Shown: positions 7,336 to 17,039 of the stretch, in pieces
Position numbering within the stretch: the stretch's first letter is position 1
Layout of the letters: every line of letters begins with the position of its first letter
Origin: an uncultured Gammaproteobacteria bacterium
Lineage (GTDB): Bacteria > Patescibacteriota > Microgenomatia > UBA10105 > UBA927
Direction of reading: 5' to 3'
Length of the DNA stretch: 56,096 nt
Assembly: GCA_964445435.1 (NCBI GenBank)
Contig: CAYUKU010000008.1
Coordinates: 1-56,096, forward strand
Notes under the pieces: model-generated
Database searches by the model: none
What the model was told of the DNA's origin: nothing
Seen by the model: only the letters and a program-made list of their open reading frames with translations
Made by a program: the position numbers and the translations under genes

Positions 7336-9797
7336 GCTCTTAGTGTCACGGGCTCGCGTACTAGACCCCGGAAGCTCACCGATTTTACGAGCGCGACTTT
7401 CAGAACCTCGTCCATGTGCTCGACGAAGTGAAAGGTGAGATCTTCTGCGACCGTCTTGGGGATATCTTCGAGATCCTTCTTATTGTTCTTCGGAAGGATA
7501 ACGGTCTTAATGCCCGCGCGATGGGCCGCGATAACTTTCTCCTTCACACCCCCGATCTCAAGCACCCGCCCGCGAAGCGTAATTTCCCCGGTCATGGCAA
7601 CCGTACGTTTCACGGGAATCTTGGTAAGAGCAGATACCAATGCGGTCGCTATGGCGGCGCCTGCTGACGGACCGTCTTTCGGCACGGCTCCCTCCGGCAC
7701 ATGTACATGAATGTCAATCTTCTGGAAAAACTTCTCCGGTAATCCGAGCATCTTCCACCGGCTGCGAACATAGGAAAGGGCAGCCTGCGCCGACTCTTTC
7801 ATGACATCTCCCAACTGTCCCGTCAACGTAATGGCTCCGCGTCCCGGCATAAGCGCGGCTTCTATAAAGAGAATGTCTCCGCCCGCCTCTGTCCAGGCCA
7901 TACCCGTAGACATACCGACTTCATCCTTCTTCTCAGCCAAATACGAGGTGAATCTGTACGGCCCGAGGTATTCATGAAGCGATTTCGGCGTCACGGTGAT
8001 GTTTCTCTTCTTGCCCTCCGTGTCGGCAATTTTCTTGGCGGTCTTCCTGAAAATGGTCGCCATTTCGCGCTCAAGATTTCTCACACCCGCCTCTCTGGTA
8101 TATCGTCTGATAATCTCAAGGAGTGCCAAATCGGCTATTTTCAAGGTTTTCTCAGGAATCCCGTGGGCTTCCCGCTGTTTTTCGTAGAGGAATCCTTTGG
8201 CGATATGGAACTTCTCATCCTCGGTGTACCCGGCAAACCTGATGACCTCCAGGCGGTCTCGCAAAGCCGGAGGAATGGTATCCAGGACGTTGCATGTGGT
8301 GATGAAAAACACGTCCGACAGGTCGAACGGTACTTCGAGATAATGATCCGAAAACGCGGAATTCTGTTCCGGATCAAGCGCCTCCAAAAGTGCTGAAGAA
8401 GGATCGCCGCGGAAATCCGTTCCGACTTTATCGATTTCATCGAGCATAAATACCGGATTTTTTGTACCTGCCTGCTTGATGCCCTGGATAATTCTTCCGG
8501 GGAGAGCGCCGACATACGTCCTTCGATGTCCACGGATTTCCGCTTCATCGCGGATACCGCCTAATGACATTTTCACGAACTTCCGACCCAATGCTTTCGC
8601 AATCGACTTACCTATCGACGTCTTCCCCACTCCGGGAGGCCCGACGAAACATAGAATGGTCGGGGTAGCCCTCCCAATCTTTTGCGGCTTATCGTCCGCT
8701 GGCTTGGCAATCTGGCTTTTGAGCTTCATGACCGCCAGGTATTCCAGGATGCGCTCCTTTACTTTTTTAAGACCGTAGTGATCCTCATTGAGGACCTTCT
8801 CGGCGTCTTTCACGTTCACGTTATTCGTGCTTGCTACTGCCCACGGCAATTCCACGAGCGTATCAAGATAGGTACGAACGTACGACGCTTCGGGGTTGTA
8901 CGGGGACATTTGGGCTAGTCGGGACAGTTCTTTTTCCGCGCGTGCCCGTACGTCTGGGGGCATGCCGGATTTCTTCACTTTTTCTGCAAGCTCTTTTATG
9001 TCCTTGTTTTCATCGTTCTCACCCAGTTCCTTCTCGATGGTCTTGATGCGCTCGCGAAGAACCTGTTCCCGGATGTTTTTGTCGAACTTCTCCTGTGTTT
9101 TGTTGGCGATTTTGCGCTCAAGCTCCAAAATTTTTGTTTCCTTCGAGAGAAATGCAATTTCCTTCTCCAATCGCTCTTTTACCGACACGAGCTCGAGAAG
9201 CTCCTGTCTTTCGCTTGGTTTTATGTCCAAGACTCCTGCCACATGGTACGAAAGCGAAAGCGGCGGGATACCGGACATGATATTCATGAATGTCAAAAAG
9301 TCCATGGTCTTACCGAGTTTCACCGCGCTTCTCAATTCATTGGTAAGGTGATTGAAAAGTGCTTTCACTTCATCCGAATCCTGGACATCATCCTTGATTT
9401 CTTCTGCCCGGGCCACATAATACGGCTCTATCGCTTCAAAAGATGTCAACCGTACCTTGGAAATTCCGCGAACGAGAGCGTTAATCTCTCCTTCGTTCTT
9501 CATCATTTGCACAATCTCCCCGACCGTACCGATCTGATACAGGTCAGAGGGCGTCGGATCGTTCATGTTGGGATTCCTCTGCATGGCGAGGATGACTTTC
9601 CTGCCGGAGCTTTGGGCGGCTTCTATTGCAGAAACTGACCGCTGCCTGCCGAAGGTAAGAATCATCTCCGTCCCCGGAAAGACTATGCCGTCCCGGATCG
9701 GAACAACGGGAAGAATGATTGATGGTGAGAGTTCAAGTTCGTTCATACCGGGTTGTGAAATTTCGACCTTTGCCTTACCACGTTTTCGAAATTTCAA
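7332..9797 (-). CDS. lon: ATP-dependent protease La (Lon); start either TTG 9797 or ATG 9746
   Basis: LON N domain ([12 protein letters not shown]), Walker A GPPGVGKT, catalytic DGPSAG and GGVKEK. Confidence 0.97.
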   Translation of the reverse strand: MKFRKRGKAKVEISQPGMNELELSPSIILPVVPIRDGIVFPGTEMILTFGRQRSVSAIEAAQSSGRKVILAMQRNPNMNDPTPSDLYQIGTVGEIVQMMKNEGEINALVRGISKVRLTSFEAIEPYYVARAEEIKDDVQDSDEVKALFNHLTNELRSAVKLGKTMDFLTFMNIMSGIPPLSLSYHVAGVLDIKPSERQELLELVSVKERLEKEIAFLSKETKILELERKIANKTQEKFDKNIREQVLRERIKTIEKELGENDENKDIKELAEKVKKSGMPPDVRARAEKELSRLAQMSPYNPEASYVRTYLDTLVELPWAVASTNNVNVKDAEKVLNEDHYGLKKVKERILEYLAVMKLKSQIAKPADDKPQKIGRATPTILCFVGPPGVGKTSIGKSIAKALGRKFVKMSLGGIRDEAEIRGHRRTYVGALPGRIIQGIKQAGTKNPVFMLDEIDKVGTDFRGDPSSALLEALDPEQNSAFSDHYLEVPFDLSDVFFITTCNVLDTIPPALRDRLEVIRFAGYTEDEKFHIAKGFLYEKQREAHGIPEKTLKIADLALLEIIRRYTREAGVRNLEREMATIFRKTAKKIADTEGKKRNITVTPKSLHEYLGPYRFTSYLAEKKDEVGMSTGMAWTEAGGDILFIEAALMPGRGAITLTGQLGDVMKESAQAALSYVRSRWKMLGLPEKFFQKIDIHVHVPEGAVPKDGPSAGAAIATALVSALTKIPVKRTVAMTGEITLRGRVLEIGGVKEKVIAAHRAGIKTVILPKNNKKDLEDIPKTVAEDLTFHFVEHMDEVLKVALVKSVSFRGLVREPVTLRA

Positions 9798-9894
9798 AAT
9801 CCTTTCTTTAACGCAACGAGTTTATACCTTCTGGTAGTCTCAGCACGCGTACGGCAAAGATAAAAACGCGAGTCGAAATTCTACTACCCGGTAT
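9744..9894 (-). ncRNA. Conserved structured 5' leader element, copy 2 (lon)
   Basis: Same blocks as 3512-3660. Ends ATACCGGGT/ACCCGGTAT are perfectly complementary. Begins about 9 nt after the predicted transcription start. Confidence 0.8.
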
Positions 9895-9899
9895 AGCGT

Positions 9900-9926
9900 C
9901 TAGCACTCAAGTATACCAACTGCTAA
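9900..9926. promoter_or_regulatory. CIRCE-like HrcA operator overlapping the lon -10
   Basis: CTAGCACTC-N9-AACTGCTAA versus consensus TTAGCACTC-N9-GAGTGCTAA (3 mismatches). Confidence 0.7.
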
Positions 9927-9937
9927 ATCTTTGTCAA
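9910..9937 (-). promoter_or_regulatory. Sigma70-type promoter for lon
   Basis: Minus strand TTGACA-16 nt-TATACT with a TG extension. Confidence 0.75.
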
Positions 9938-9953
9938 CCCCTGAAAATACCCG

Positions 9954-10814
9954 TTAAATAAATTCTTCAAGGACGTCATTCAGACGCTCCGAAACTACTC
10001 TTGAAGAAAGAAGAGGACCGTTTGCTAAAGCAGGTTCATGGTCTTCACTTGTTGGCTTCTCTTCTTTATAGAAGAGTCCCAGGGGAATTTTATCTCCCCA
10101 CTCCATTGCCTTCTCTATTGCCTTCAACTTATCCGTAGGCGCATATCCCCCGGCGGCCAGATTGTAGACACGCTGGCGATACCACTGATAGGTATGGATT
10201 TTATCAAACGTCACGCACGGCTGAAGGACGTCCACAACGGCAAATCCTTTGTGCTCTATGGCCCCGCTCATTAGCGCAATCAAGCCGGGCGTGTCGCCTG
10301 CAAAACCGCGAGCTACGTAGGTAGCGCCGGCTGCAATCGCCATAAGAAGCGGATTAACCGGATTATCAACTGCTCCTTGAGGTGTCGATTTAGTCACGAA
10401 TCCGGGCTTAGCAGTAGGAGAGGCCTGCCCCGTCGTCAACCCGTAGACTTGATTGTCGTGAAGAATAACCGTGACATCCGGATTGCGTTTGGCAGCATGG
10501 ATGAAGTGATTGCCCCCTTCGCCCAGCCCGTCACCGTCTCCGGAAACGACAATAACCGGCAATTTGTGATTAGCAAGCTTCGCGCCCTGGGCAACCGGCA
10601 ACGTGCGTCCATGAAGCCCTGCAAAACCGTATATCTTCATCCAATCATACATATTTCCATGGCACCCCACACCGTATATGACCAACCCGTCTTCCGGGCC
10701 TATCCCCTGTTTTGCCAAGGCTTCTTTGAGAGACAACCAAATACCGTAATCTCCACATCCCGGACACCAGGTCGGGAGCGTATTAGTCGAAAACGCGCTA
10801 CTGGTAACTGTCAT
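9954..10814 (-). CDS. 2-oxoacid:ferredoxin oxidoreductase beta subunit
   Basis: WCPGCG, GVGC, TPP motif GDGD...GGNH...DNQVYGLTTGQASPT, QPCVTF. Confidence 0.93.
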   Translation of the reverse strand: MTVTSSAFSTNTLPTWCPGCGDYGIWLSLKEALAKQGIGPEDGLVIYGVGCHGNMYDWMKIYGFAGLHGRTLPVAQGAKLANHKLPVIVVSGDGDGLGEGGNHFIHAAKRNPDVTVILHDNQVYGLTTGQASPTAKPGFVTKSTPQGAVDNPVNPLLMAIAAGATYVARGFAGDTPGLIALMSGAIEHKGFAVVDVLQPCVTFDKIHTYQWYRQRVYNLAAGGYAPTDKLKAIEKAMEWGDKIPLGLFYKEEKPTSEDHEPALANGPLLSSRVVSERLNDVLEEFI

Positions 10815-12544
10815 AGTATTGCTCCTGCTATTTCTTCCGGATACAACGGCCTGCCGTCATATTTCAGGATCTTTTCTTTTATAAGAAGGCCTGTGTATTC
10901 CCTAATAAGAGAGGCAAGCTGTCCCGTTGCGTTTTGTTCGACTGCGATAAGACGAGTAGAAGTGGAGAGTACGGCAAGCGCCTGCTCCTGCGCGAACGGA
11001 TAGAGCCAGGTAAAATGAACGAGTTTTACCGTTTTCCCTTTTGCCCGAAGAATATCCATCGCATCCAAAACGGCACCCTTCGTTGATCCCCAACTGACGA
11101 AGGTAATCTCGGCATTCAGGTCACCGATTACCTGCGGAGCCCGTACGTCCTTTGCTATCGCTTGGTACTTTCGCAGACGCTTGTTTGCCTGCGCTACTCG
11201 CATGGCGGCGTCTTCCGTCACGTGCCCGGTCTCGTCGTGTTCATAGGAGTTTGAAAAATATACGCCGTTTTTCTGGCCCGGAACACTCCGCAATGACACT
11301 CCGTCATCAGTATCAAGGGCATATCGCTTATATGATCCGTCCGCGGGAAGCTCGACCCCGAGGGCCAATTTCCCACGATCGACAACGACATCGCCGCTCA
11401 TACGTGAACGGGCGACACACCACTGGCTCTCATTAAGATATTTATCCGTTAAAACAAACACGGGAATATGGTAGCGATCCGCGAGATTAAATGCATCGAT
11501 CGTAAGCTCATATGCCTCGGCGGCATCGCTGGGAGCTAGGATAATCCGGGGAAATTCTCCGTGTCCGGCGTGTATGGCGAACTGAAGCTCTCCCTGCTCG
11601 GTCCACGTAGGCATACCAGTCGCCGGCCCAACCCTCATACCCAAATCGATGACAACCGGCAATTCCATAATGCCTGCCAGCGCCAAGCCTTCGACCATAA
11701 GGGCAAATCCACCTCCTGAGGTTGCCACCATGCTTCGAACTCCCGCCATACTAGCACCCAGCGCCATATTGATACCCGCAATTTCATCTTCCGGCTGCTT
11801 ATAGACGATCTCCAATTCCTTGGCGTGGTCGGCAAGAAATGTTATGAGCGAATTAATCGGCGTCATGGGATAGATGGCTGCGAATTTCATGCCTGCCTGA
11901 TATGCACCGACTCCAACCGCCTCACTTGCGTTTATCACGAGTTGATCTTCTTTTTTCTGCGCAGCCTCAAGAAACATGCTCGACTCGTTGGGGTATGTGG
12001 TTTTTATATAATCGTACCCGGCTTTCGCCATGGCGATATTGCTGTCGATAATTTTCTGGTCTTTCTTCTTAAACTGGTCGTGGATGATTTCTGAGAGTAT
12101 TTCAAACGGAGCGCCCATAAGGGCGATCGTCACCCCCAGAGAAACGGTATTTCTCATGATGGGAGCACCTGAAAGCGACCCCACAATCTCGGAAAGCGGA
12201 ACGGGAACAAGAATAACCGGTTTGGGGAAATCTTCTTTCGTCCACTGCCGATCCTTGGGGTCAAATACGACGATCGCGTTTTCATTGAGCTCTTCCTTAT
12301 GAAGTTCAACACACGGATTATGGAGGGAAACAAGGATGTGCACATCCTTGTTCATGGACCCGAACTGGTTGGTGGCTACCCGAACGGTTATGAGGTTATG
12401 CCCGCCGCGAATCAGAGAGGGGTACTCATTCGTCGCCAACGTATGATATCCCCGGCGCGCGAAGGCTCGGGCAAGCATGGTGCCTGCAGACATAATGCCG
12501 AATCCGGCCTCACCGCCAATTTTCCAGGTTATGCTATTTTTCAT
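10811..12544 (-). CDS. 2-oxoacid:ferredoxin oxidoreductase alpha subunit (gamma-alpha fusion)
   Basis: GGEAGFG...EYPSLIRGGH, AIYPMTP, EDEIAG, TSGGGFALM, GHGEFP. Confidence 0.93.
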   Translation of the reverse strand: MKNSITWKIGGEAGFGIMSAGTMLARAFARRGYHTLATNEYPSLIRGGHNLITVRVATNQFGSMNKDVHILVSLHNPCVELHKEELNENAIVVFDPKDRQWTKEDFPKPVILVPVPLSEIVGSLSGAPIMRNTVSLGVTIALMGAPFEILSEIIHDQFKKKDQKIIDSNIAMAKAGYDYIKTTYPNESSMFLEAAQKKEDQLVINASEAVGVGAYQAGMKFAAIYPMTPINSLITFLADHAKELEIVYKQPEDEIAGINMALGASMAGVRSMVATSGGGFALMVEGLALAGIMELPVVIDLGMRVGPATGMPTWTEQGELQFAIHAGHGEFPRIILAPSDAAEAYELTIDAFNLADRYHIPVFVLTDKYLNESQWCVARSRMSGDVVVDRGKLALGVELPADGSYKRYALDTDDGVSLRSVPGQKNGVYFSNSYEHDETGHVTEDAAMRVAQANKRLRKYQAIAKDVRAPQVIGDLNAEITFVSWGSTKGAVLDAMDILRAKGKTVKLVHFTWLYPFAQEQALAVLSTSTRLIAVEQNATGQLASLIREYTGLLIKEKILKYDGRPLYPEEIAGAIL

Positions 12545-12616
12545 CTCTCTTTAGCCTATCACATGTACGTGAACACAGTATCTGTCGCACATATTCGGGA
12601 AAATCATTCCGTCTTC

Positions 12617-12778
12617 TTAGTCGCTGCAGCAGGGATCCTTAAATCCGCAATTAGGGCAATGAGCGTCCCGTCCTCCCGGCATTCCATAAATAGGCGTGCC
12701 GCATCCGGGACATGGGCGAACATTGTATATTGAAGGATCTGATGCCTCAGGTAATTTAGGGGAAAATCTGCTTTCCAT
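12617..12778 (-). CDS. 53-aa CPxCG-type zinc-ribbon protein (not in ORF track)
   Basis: MESRFSPKLPEASDPSIYNVRPCPGCGTPIYGMPGGRDAHCPNCGFKDPCCSD*. Start overlaps the ferredoxin 3' end. Confidence 0.7.
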   Translation of the reverse strand: MESRFSPKLPEASDPSIYNVRPCPGCGTPIYGMPGGRDAHCPNCGFKDPCCSD

Positions 12779-13007
12779 TTTCATCAGTGATGAATATAGC
12801 CATCACCGGGCAGCCTTTCGCGGCTTCTATAAGCGCCTCATCCGTCTCGTCCTCAGCGGTATCAAGGATAATCGCTTTCGCCTGATCATCAAGCGCCCAC
12901 GCCTTGGGTGCTATCGCGACACACGTCGCTGCGCCAATGCACAGATCCTGATCAATCCACATCGTAAGCTTGCGGATTTTTCTTTTTATTTTCGAGTCGT
13001 CTGCCAT
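12756..13007 (-). CDS. Monocluster ferredoxin, probably [3Fe-4S]
   Basis: CIGAATC...CP (CxxAxxC...CP). Confidence 0.88.
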   Translation of the reverse strand: MADDSKIKRKIRKLTMWIDQDLCIGAATCVAIAPKAWALDDQAKAIILDTAEDETDEALIEAAKGCPVMAIFITDENGKQIFP

Positions 13008-13077
13008 AACAATACAAAAAATGGTACGGTATTACGCCGTAGCTATTATGTGCGATAGCTTACACTAGCTACTACCC

Positions 13078-13443
13078 TTATTTCAATGAGAGAATTGCCT
13101 TGTGCAAAACTTCCAGAGAAAGTGTCGCGCATCTGGTACGTGACGGTGTAAGCGTGGTCCCGAGCATTTTTATGATGTCTTCTCCCGTAAGTGCCAAGGC
13201 GTCTTTCAGGTTCATGCCTTTCACTTTTTCCGTCAACATCGAAGCGCTCGCCTGACTTATGGCGCACCCCTCACCCGTGAAGGAAATGTCCGAAATCTGG
13301 CCCACTTTCACCGCAAGCTCCATAGCGACACGGTCTCCGCATGTCACATTGCCTTCCTCCACTTTTGTGTCTGCGCGCTTGAGATGACCGAAATTCCGCG
13401 GATGTTTGTAGTGATCGAGAATCTGCTCCCTGTAAATATCCAT
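13078..13443 (-). CDS. sufU: SufU / NifU-like Fe-S scaffold or sulfur-transfer protein
   Basis: ILDHYKHPRNFG, GNVTCGD, GCAISQASAS, RCATL. Confidence 0.9.
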   Translation of the reverse strand: MDIYREQILDHYKHPRNFGHLKRADTKVEEGNVTCGDRVAMELAVKVGQISDISFTGEGCAISQASASMLTEKVKGMNLKDALALTGEDIIKMLGTTLTPSRTRCATLSLEVLHKAILSLK

Positions 13444-13455
13444 ACCAAGCGTAAG

Positions 13456-14685
13456 TTAGCCGAACATGCTCTTCACTTTTTCGATCCCGGTGACAAGAGC
13501 ATCTATGTCTTCTTCCGTCGTGTATATGTAAAAAGAGGCACGCGCAGTTGCCGCAATGTCCATCGAAAGGTGAAGAGGCATGGCACAGTGATTGCCTGAC
13601 CTGATGCAAACATTGTTTTCATCGAGAATCTGGGCTACGTCATGGGCGTGCGCCTGCTTAAGGGTGAATGCGATAACGCCGCCTTTCACGCCGGCATTTG
13701 TCGGTCCGTACATGGTAAGCCCGTCGATTTTCCCCAACTTCTTCATGGCATACCTGACAATATCTTCCTCATGCCTCCGTACCGCATCCATGCCGAGCCG
13801 CGACAAATAATCGACCGCTGCACCAAGACCGATTACCCCTGCAATATGGGGCGTTCCTGCTTCGAATTTGTGCGGGGGCTCTTTAAAAATAGTTTTCTCT
13901 ACCCTGACTTCTTTTATCATCTCGCCTCCATACTGGAAGGGATTCATGCGATCAAGAAGCTCATATTTCCCCCACAGAACTCCAACGCCCGTCGGGCCAA
14001 GCATTTTATGCGAAGAAAACGCGACGAAATCCGCATCCCATTCTTTAACGTTTACTTTCATGTGCGGCACTGCCTGCGCCGCGTCTACAAGGACAAGACA
14101 GTCGGGATTAAGCCTTTTTACCTCGCGAACGATTTTTCTGACGGGAACGATCGTGCCCAAAACATTTGACACAGCGGTAATTGCGAGTAATTTTGTTTTT
14201 CGAGTAATAAGTTTATCCAACTCGTCCAAATTCAGTTGTCCGTCTTGCCCAACGCCCCACACGCTGAAATTGAATCCCGCAACTTGCGCCATCTGCTGCC
14301 AGGGGACGAAATTGGAGTGATGTTCCATAATGGTCGTCACGACCCGATCGCTAGCTTTCAAATGAATCTGCCCCCAACTGTACGCGACGAGGTTTATCGA
14401 TTCACTTGCGTTTCTCGTAAACACCACTTCGTTTTCGTTGTCTGCGCCGATAAACGCGGCAACTTTCTTACGTGCCTCTTCATACTCGTATGTTGCTTCT
14501 TCCGAAATGGTGTAAATACCGCGGAAAATATTTGCACTGTATTTGATGTAATACTCACTAACCTTATCGATCACCAATTGAGGCTTGAGGGATGTTGCCG
14601 TAGAATCCAGATAAATAATCGGATTCTTGTTAATTTTCCGCTGTAATTGAGGAAAATCTTTTTTTATGGTACTCGCATCAAACAT
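13456..14685 (-). CDS. sufS: SufS cysteine desulfurase
   Basis: YLDSTATS, EHHSN, DAAQ, SSHKMLGPTG, RSGNHCA. The ATG at 14685 is preferred over 14706. Confidence 0.95.
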   Translation of the reverse strand: MFDASTIKKDFPQLQRKINKNPIIYLDSTATSLKPQLVIDKVSEYYIKYSANIFRGIYTISEEATYEYEEARKKVAAFIGADNENEVVFTRNASESINLVAYSWGQIHLKASDRVVTTIMEHHSNFVPWQQMAQVAGFNFSVWGVGQDGQLNLDELDKLITRKTKLLAITAVSNVLGTIVPVRKIVREVKRLNPDCLVLVDAAQAVPHMKVNVKEWDADFVAFSSHKMLGPTGVGVLWGKYELLDRMNPFQYGGEMIKEVRVEKTIFKEPPHKFEAGTPHIAGVIGLGAAVDYLSRLGMDAVRRHEEDIVRYAMKKLGKIDGLTMYGPTNAGVKGGVIAFTLKQAHAHDVAQILDENNVCIRSGNHCAMPLHLSMDIAATARASFYIYTTEEDIDALVTGIEKVKSMFG

Positions 14686-14705
14686 GCTGCCCCCGTGACA
14701 GAGCA

Positions 14706-15017
14706 TTAAATACTTACAAACACGTCTCCATTTTCCACTTTTGTCTCGTAACTTGTCACATCCGTCGGGGCAGGGAGCGTTAACACCTTGCCGTTGGTCA
14801 TATCAAATTGTGACCCGTGACACCCACAAATAATAATTGACCCATCGAGGAATCCTTCGGTCCCCAATGAACATGCTTCGTGACTACACATATCATCGAT
14901 GGCGAAAAACTCTCCGTCCACGTTGGCGATGGCGATCTTTTTGCCTCCCACAACAACAGTTTTTTTCATCCCCGGGGACAGATCTGAAACTGATAGTGCC
15001 TTGGTGAACGTTCCCAT
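14706..15017 (-). CDS. Rieske [2Fe-2S] ferredoxin
   Basis: CSH...CGCHGSQF motif. Confidence 0.9.
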   Translation of the reverse strand: MGTFTKALSVSDLSPGMKKTVVVGGKKIAIANVDGEFFAIDDMCSHEACSLGTEGFLDGSIIICGCHGSQFDMTNGKVLTLPAPTDVTSYETKVENGDVFVSI

Positions 15018-15027
15018 ACAACCTCCT

Positions 15028-15648
15028 TTATAGGGCCTTCCCTATCTTCTCCAGTATACGATACCTTACAGATTCATCATCGACAAGTGCGAGAGCAGCG
15101 CCAAAAAATCCCTGCGCGATAAGGGAAGCCCCCTGATTTCGCGGGATACCCCGGGTAGCCAGAAACCAAAGCTCCTCTTCTGAGATGGGACCGACAGTCG
15201 CCCCATGCGTACAGCGAACGTCATTTGCAAGAATCTCAAGCGAAGGCTTGCTCTCCGCATATGCGGTCTCTGAAAGTAGGAGATTTTCGTTCCTTTGGTA
15301 TGCGTCTGTTTTCTGCGCGTCTTTCTCAACTCTCACGGCACCGTCGGCGATAAACTTCGCGTTTCCGCTCAGAGCGGATTTCACCAAAAGGTTACTTGTC
15401 GTGTCAGGAGCCTCATGACGCTGAAGAGTCACCAGGCGAATATCCGCGTCTTTGTTTGCCACCACGACTCCTACGATCGTAGCTGCAGCGCCTGATCCTG
15501 TCAGCTTCACGGTCACGGATGCGTTTACTTTCTTGGCGCCTATTGATGCTAAGACAAGCATGAGGGATGTGCCAGCGGGGACGGTATATTCATGCTTGGA
15601 ATCGCCTTCTTCGAGGTACTGAATCATGGTTTTTCGCATACCGTTCAT
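15028..15648 (-). CDS. sufD: Short SufD-family protein
   Basis: QRNENLLLS...[19 protein letters not shown]...ATRGI. Confidence 0.88.
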   Translation of the reverse strand: MNGMRKTMIQYLEEGDSKHEYTVPAGTSLMLVLASIGAKKVNASVTVKLTGSGAAATIVGVVVANKDADIRLVTLQRHEAPDTTSNLLVKSALSGNAKFIADGAVRVEKDAQKTDAYQRNENLLLSETAYAESKPSLEILANDVRCTHGATVGPISEEELWFLATRGIPRNQGASLIAQGFFGAALALVDDESVRYRILEKIGKAL

Positions 15649-17039
15649 CCCACAGATCCTTCCATTTGTAACTGGATTAAGCGATTCATCTCGACGGCGT
15701 ACTCGAGGGGCAATTCTTTCACAATCGGCTCGATAAATCCGTTGACAATCATGGATTCCGCCTGACCCTTCATAATACCGCGACTCTCTAGATAAAACAG
15801 CTGTTCGTCGCCTATTTTTGAAACGGTCGCTTCGTGCTCAATCTGAACGCTTTGCTCATCTATCTTCATCGTCGGATAGGTATCCGACCGCGATGTATCA
15901 TCCAAAAGAAGCGCATCACACACGACTTTGCTTTTCACGGATTTCGCACCCGGATACACCTGTACGAGACCCCTATACGAAGTTCGGCCGCCGGATTTGC
16001 TGATGGATTTGGAAATTATCTGTGAAGTCGTTTCCGGTGCGATATGGATCATCTTGCCACCCGCATCCTGGTGCTGATTGTGTCCTGCATATGCAATGGA
16101 TAGCACTTCACCCCTGGCTTTTCGTCCTACCAGATATACGCTGGGGTATTTCATGGTAAGCTTGCTTCCCAAATTCCCGTCTACCCACTCCATGACACCT
16201 TCCTCTTCCACGCGCGCGCGTTTGGTCACAAGATTGTATACGTTCGTGCTCCAGTTCTGGATAGTCGTATATCGTACGCGGGCACCCCTTTTGACGATAA
16301 TTTCCACCACTGCACTATGGAGGGAATCGGTCGAGTAAATAGGCGCGGTACAGCCTTCAACGTAGTGAACAAAGCTTCCTTCCTCGGCGATAATGAGTGT
16401 CCTTTCAAATTGTCCCATGTTAGCGGCGTTTATCCGGAAGTAAGCCTGAAGCGGCAGTTCAACATGCACACCCTTGGGGACATACACGAATGATCCTCCG
16501 CTCCATACGCTGCTGTTGAGTGCGGCGAATTTGTTATCCGCAAAGGGAACGACGGTTCCGAAATATTTCTTGACGATTTCGGGGTACTCCCGCAGACCCG
16601 AATCCATATCTAGAAACACGACTCCTTTTTTCCGAAGTGCTTCGTGGATACTTTTGTACACGACTTCCGACTCATACTGAGCGGATACTCCGGCAAGAAA
16701 CTTTTTTTCCGCTTCGGGAATGCCGATTTTGTCATACGTATCTTTGATATCCTCGGGCAAATCCTGCCACGAGGATGCTTTGGTGTCCGTGGACTTGAGA
16801 TAGTAATAAATATCGTCAAACTCGATTGTACTCAAATCTCCGCCCCACGTCGGGAGAGGTTTCTGCCGGAAGATGTGATAGCTTTTTTGCCGGAACTCAC
16901 GCATCCATGCGGGTTCACCTTTGTGGCGGCTTATCTGGTCAACCACTTCGCTATCCAAGCCGCGCTTCGTTCTAAAGACGTACCGTTCCGGTTTGTGGAA
17001 TCCGTATTTGTACGTGTCGGCAACCAACGGGTTACTCAT
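15645..17039 (-). CDS. sufB: Fe-S cluster assembly protein SufB
   Basis: [47 protein letters not shown]. Confidence 0.96.
   Translation of the reverse strand: MSNPLVADTYKYGFHKPERYVFRTKRGLDSEVVDQISRHKGEPAWMREFRQKSYHIFRQKPLPTWGGDLSTIEFDDIYYYLKSTDTKASSWQDLPEDIKDTYDKIGIPEAEKKFLAGVSAQYESEVVYKSIHEALRKKGVVFLDMDSGLREYPEIVKKYFGTVVPFADNKFAALNSSVWSGGSFVYVPKGVHVELPLQAYFRINAANMGQFERTLIIAEEGSFVHYVEGCTAPIYSTDSLHSAVVEIIVKRGARVRYTTIQNWSTNVYNLVTKRARVEEEGVMEWVDGNLGSKLTMKYPSVYLVGRKARGEVLSIAYAGHNQHQDAGGKMIHIAPETTSQIISKSISKSGGRTSYRGLVQVYPGAKSVKSKVVCDALLLDDTSRSDTYPTMKIDEQSVQIEHEATVSKIGDEQLFYLESRGIMKGQAESMIVNGFIEPIVKELPLEYAVEMNRLIQLQMEGSVG

Noticed and set aside
12550-12610. 18-codon ORF (MIFPNMCDRYCVHVHVIG) before OFOR alpha
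   Set aside because: No SD or coding support. More likely spacer or promoter sequence.
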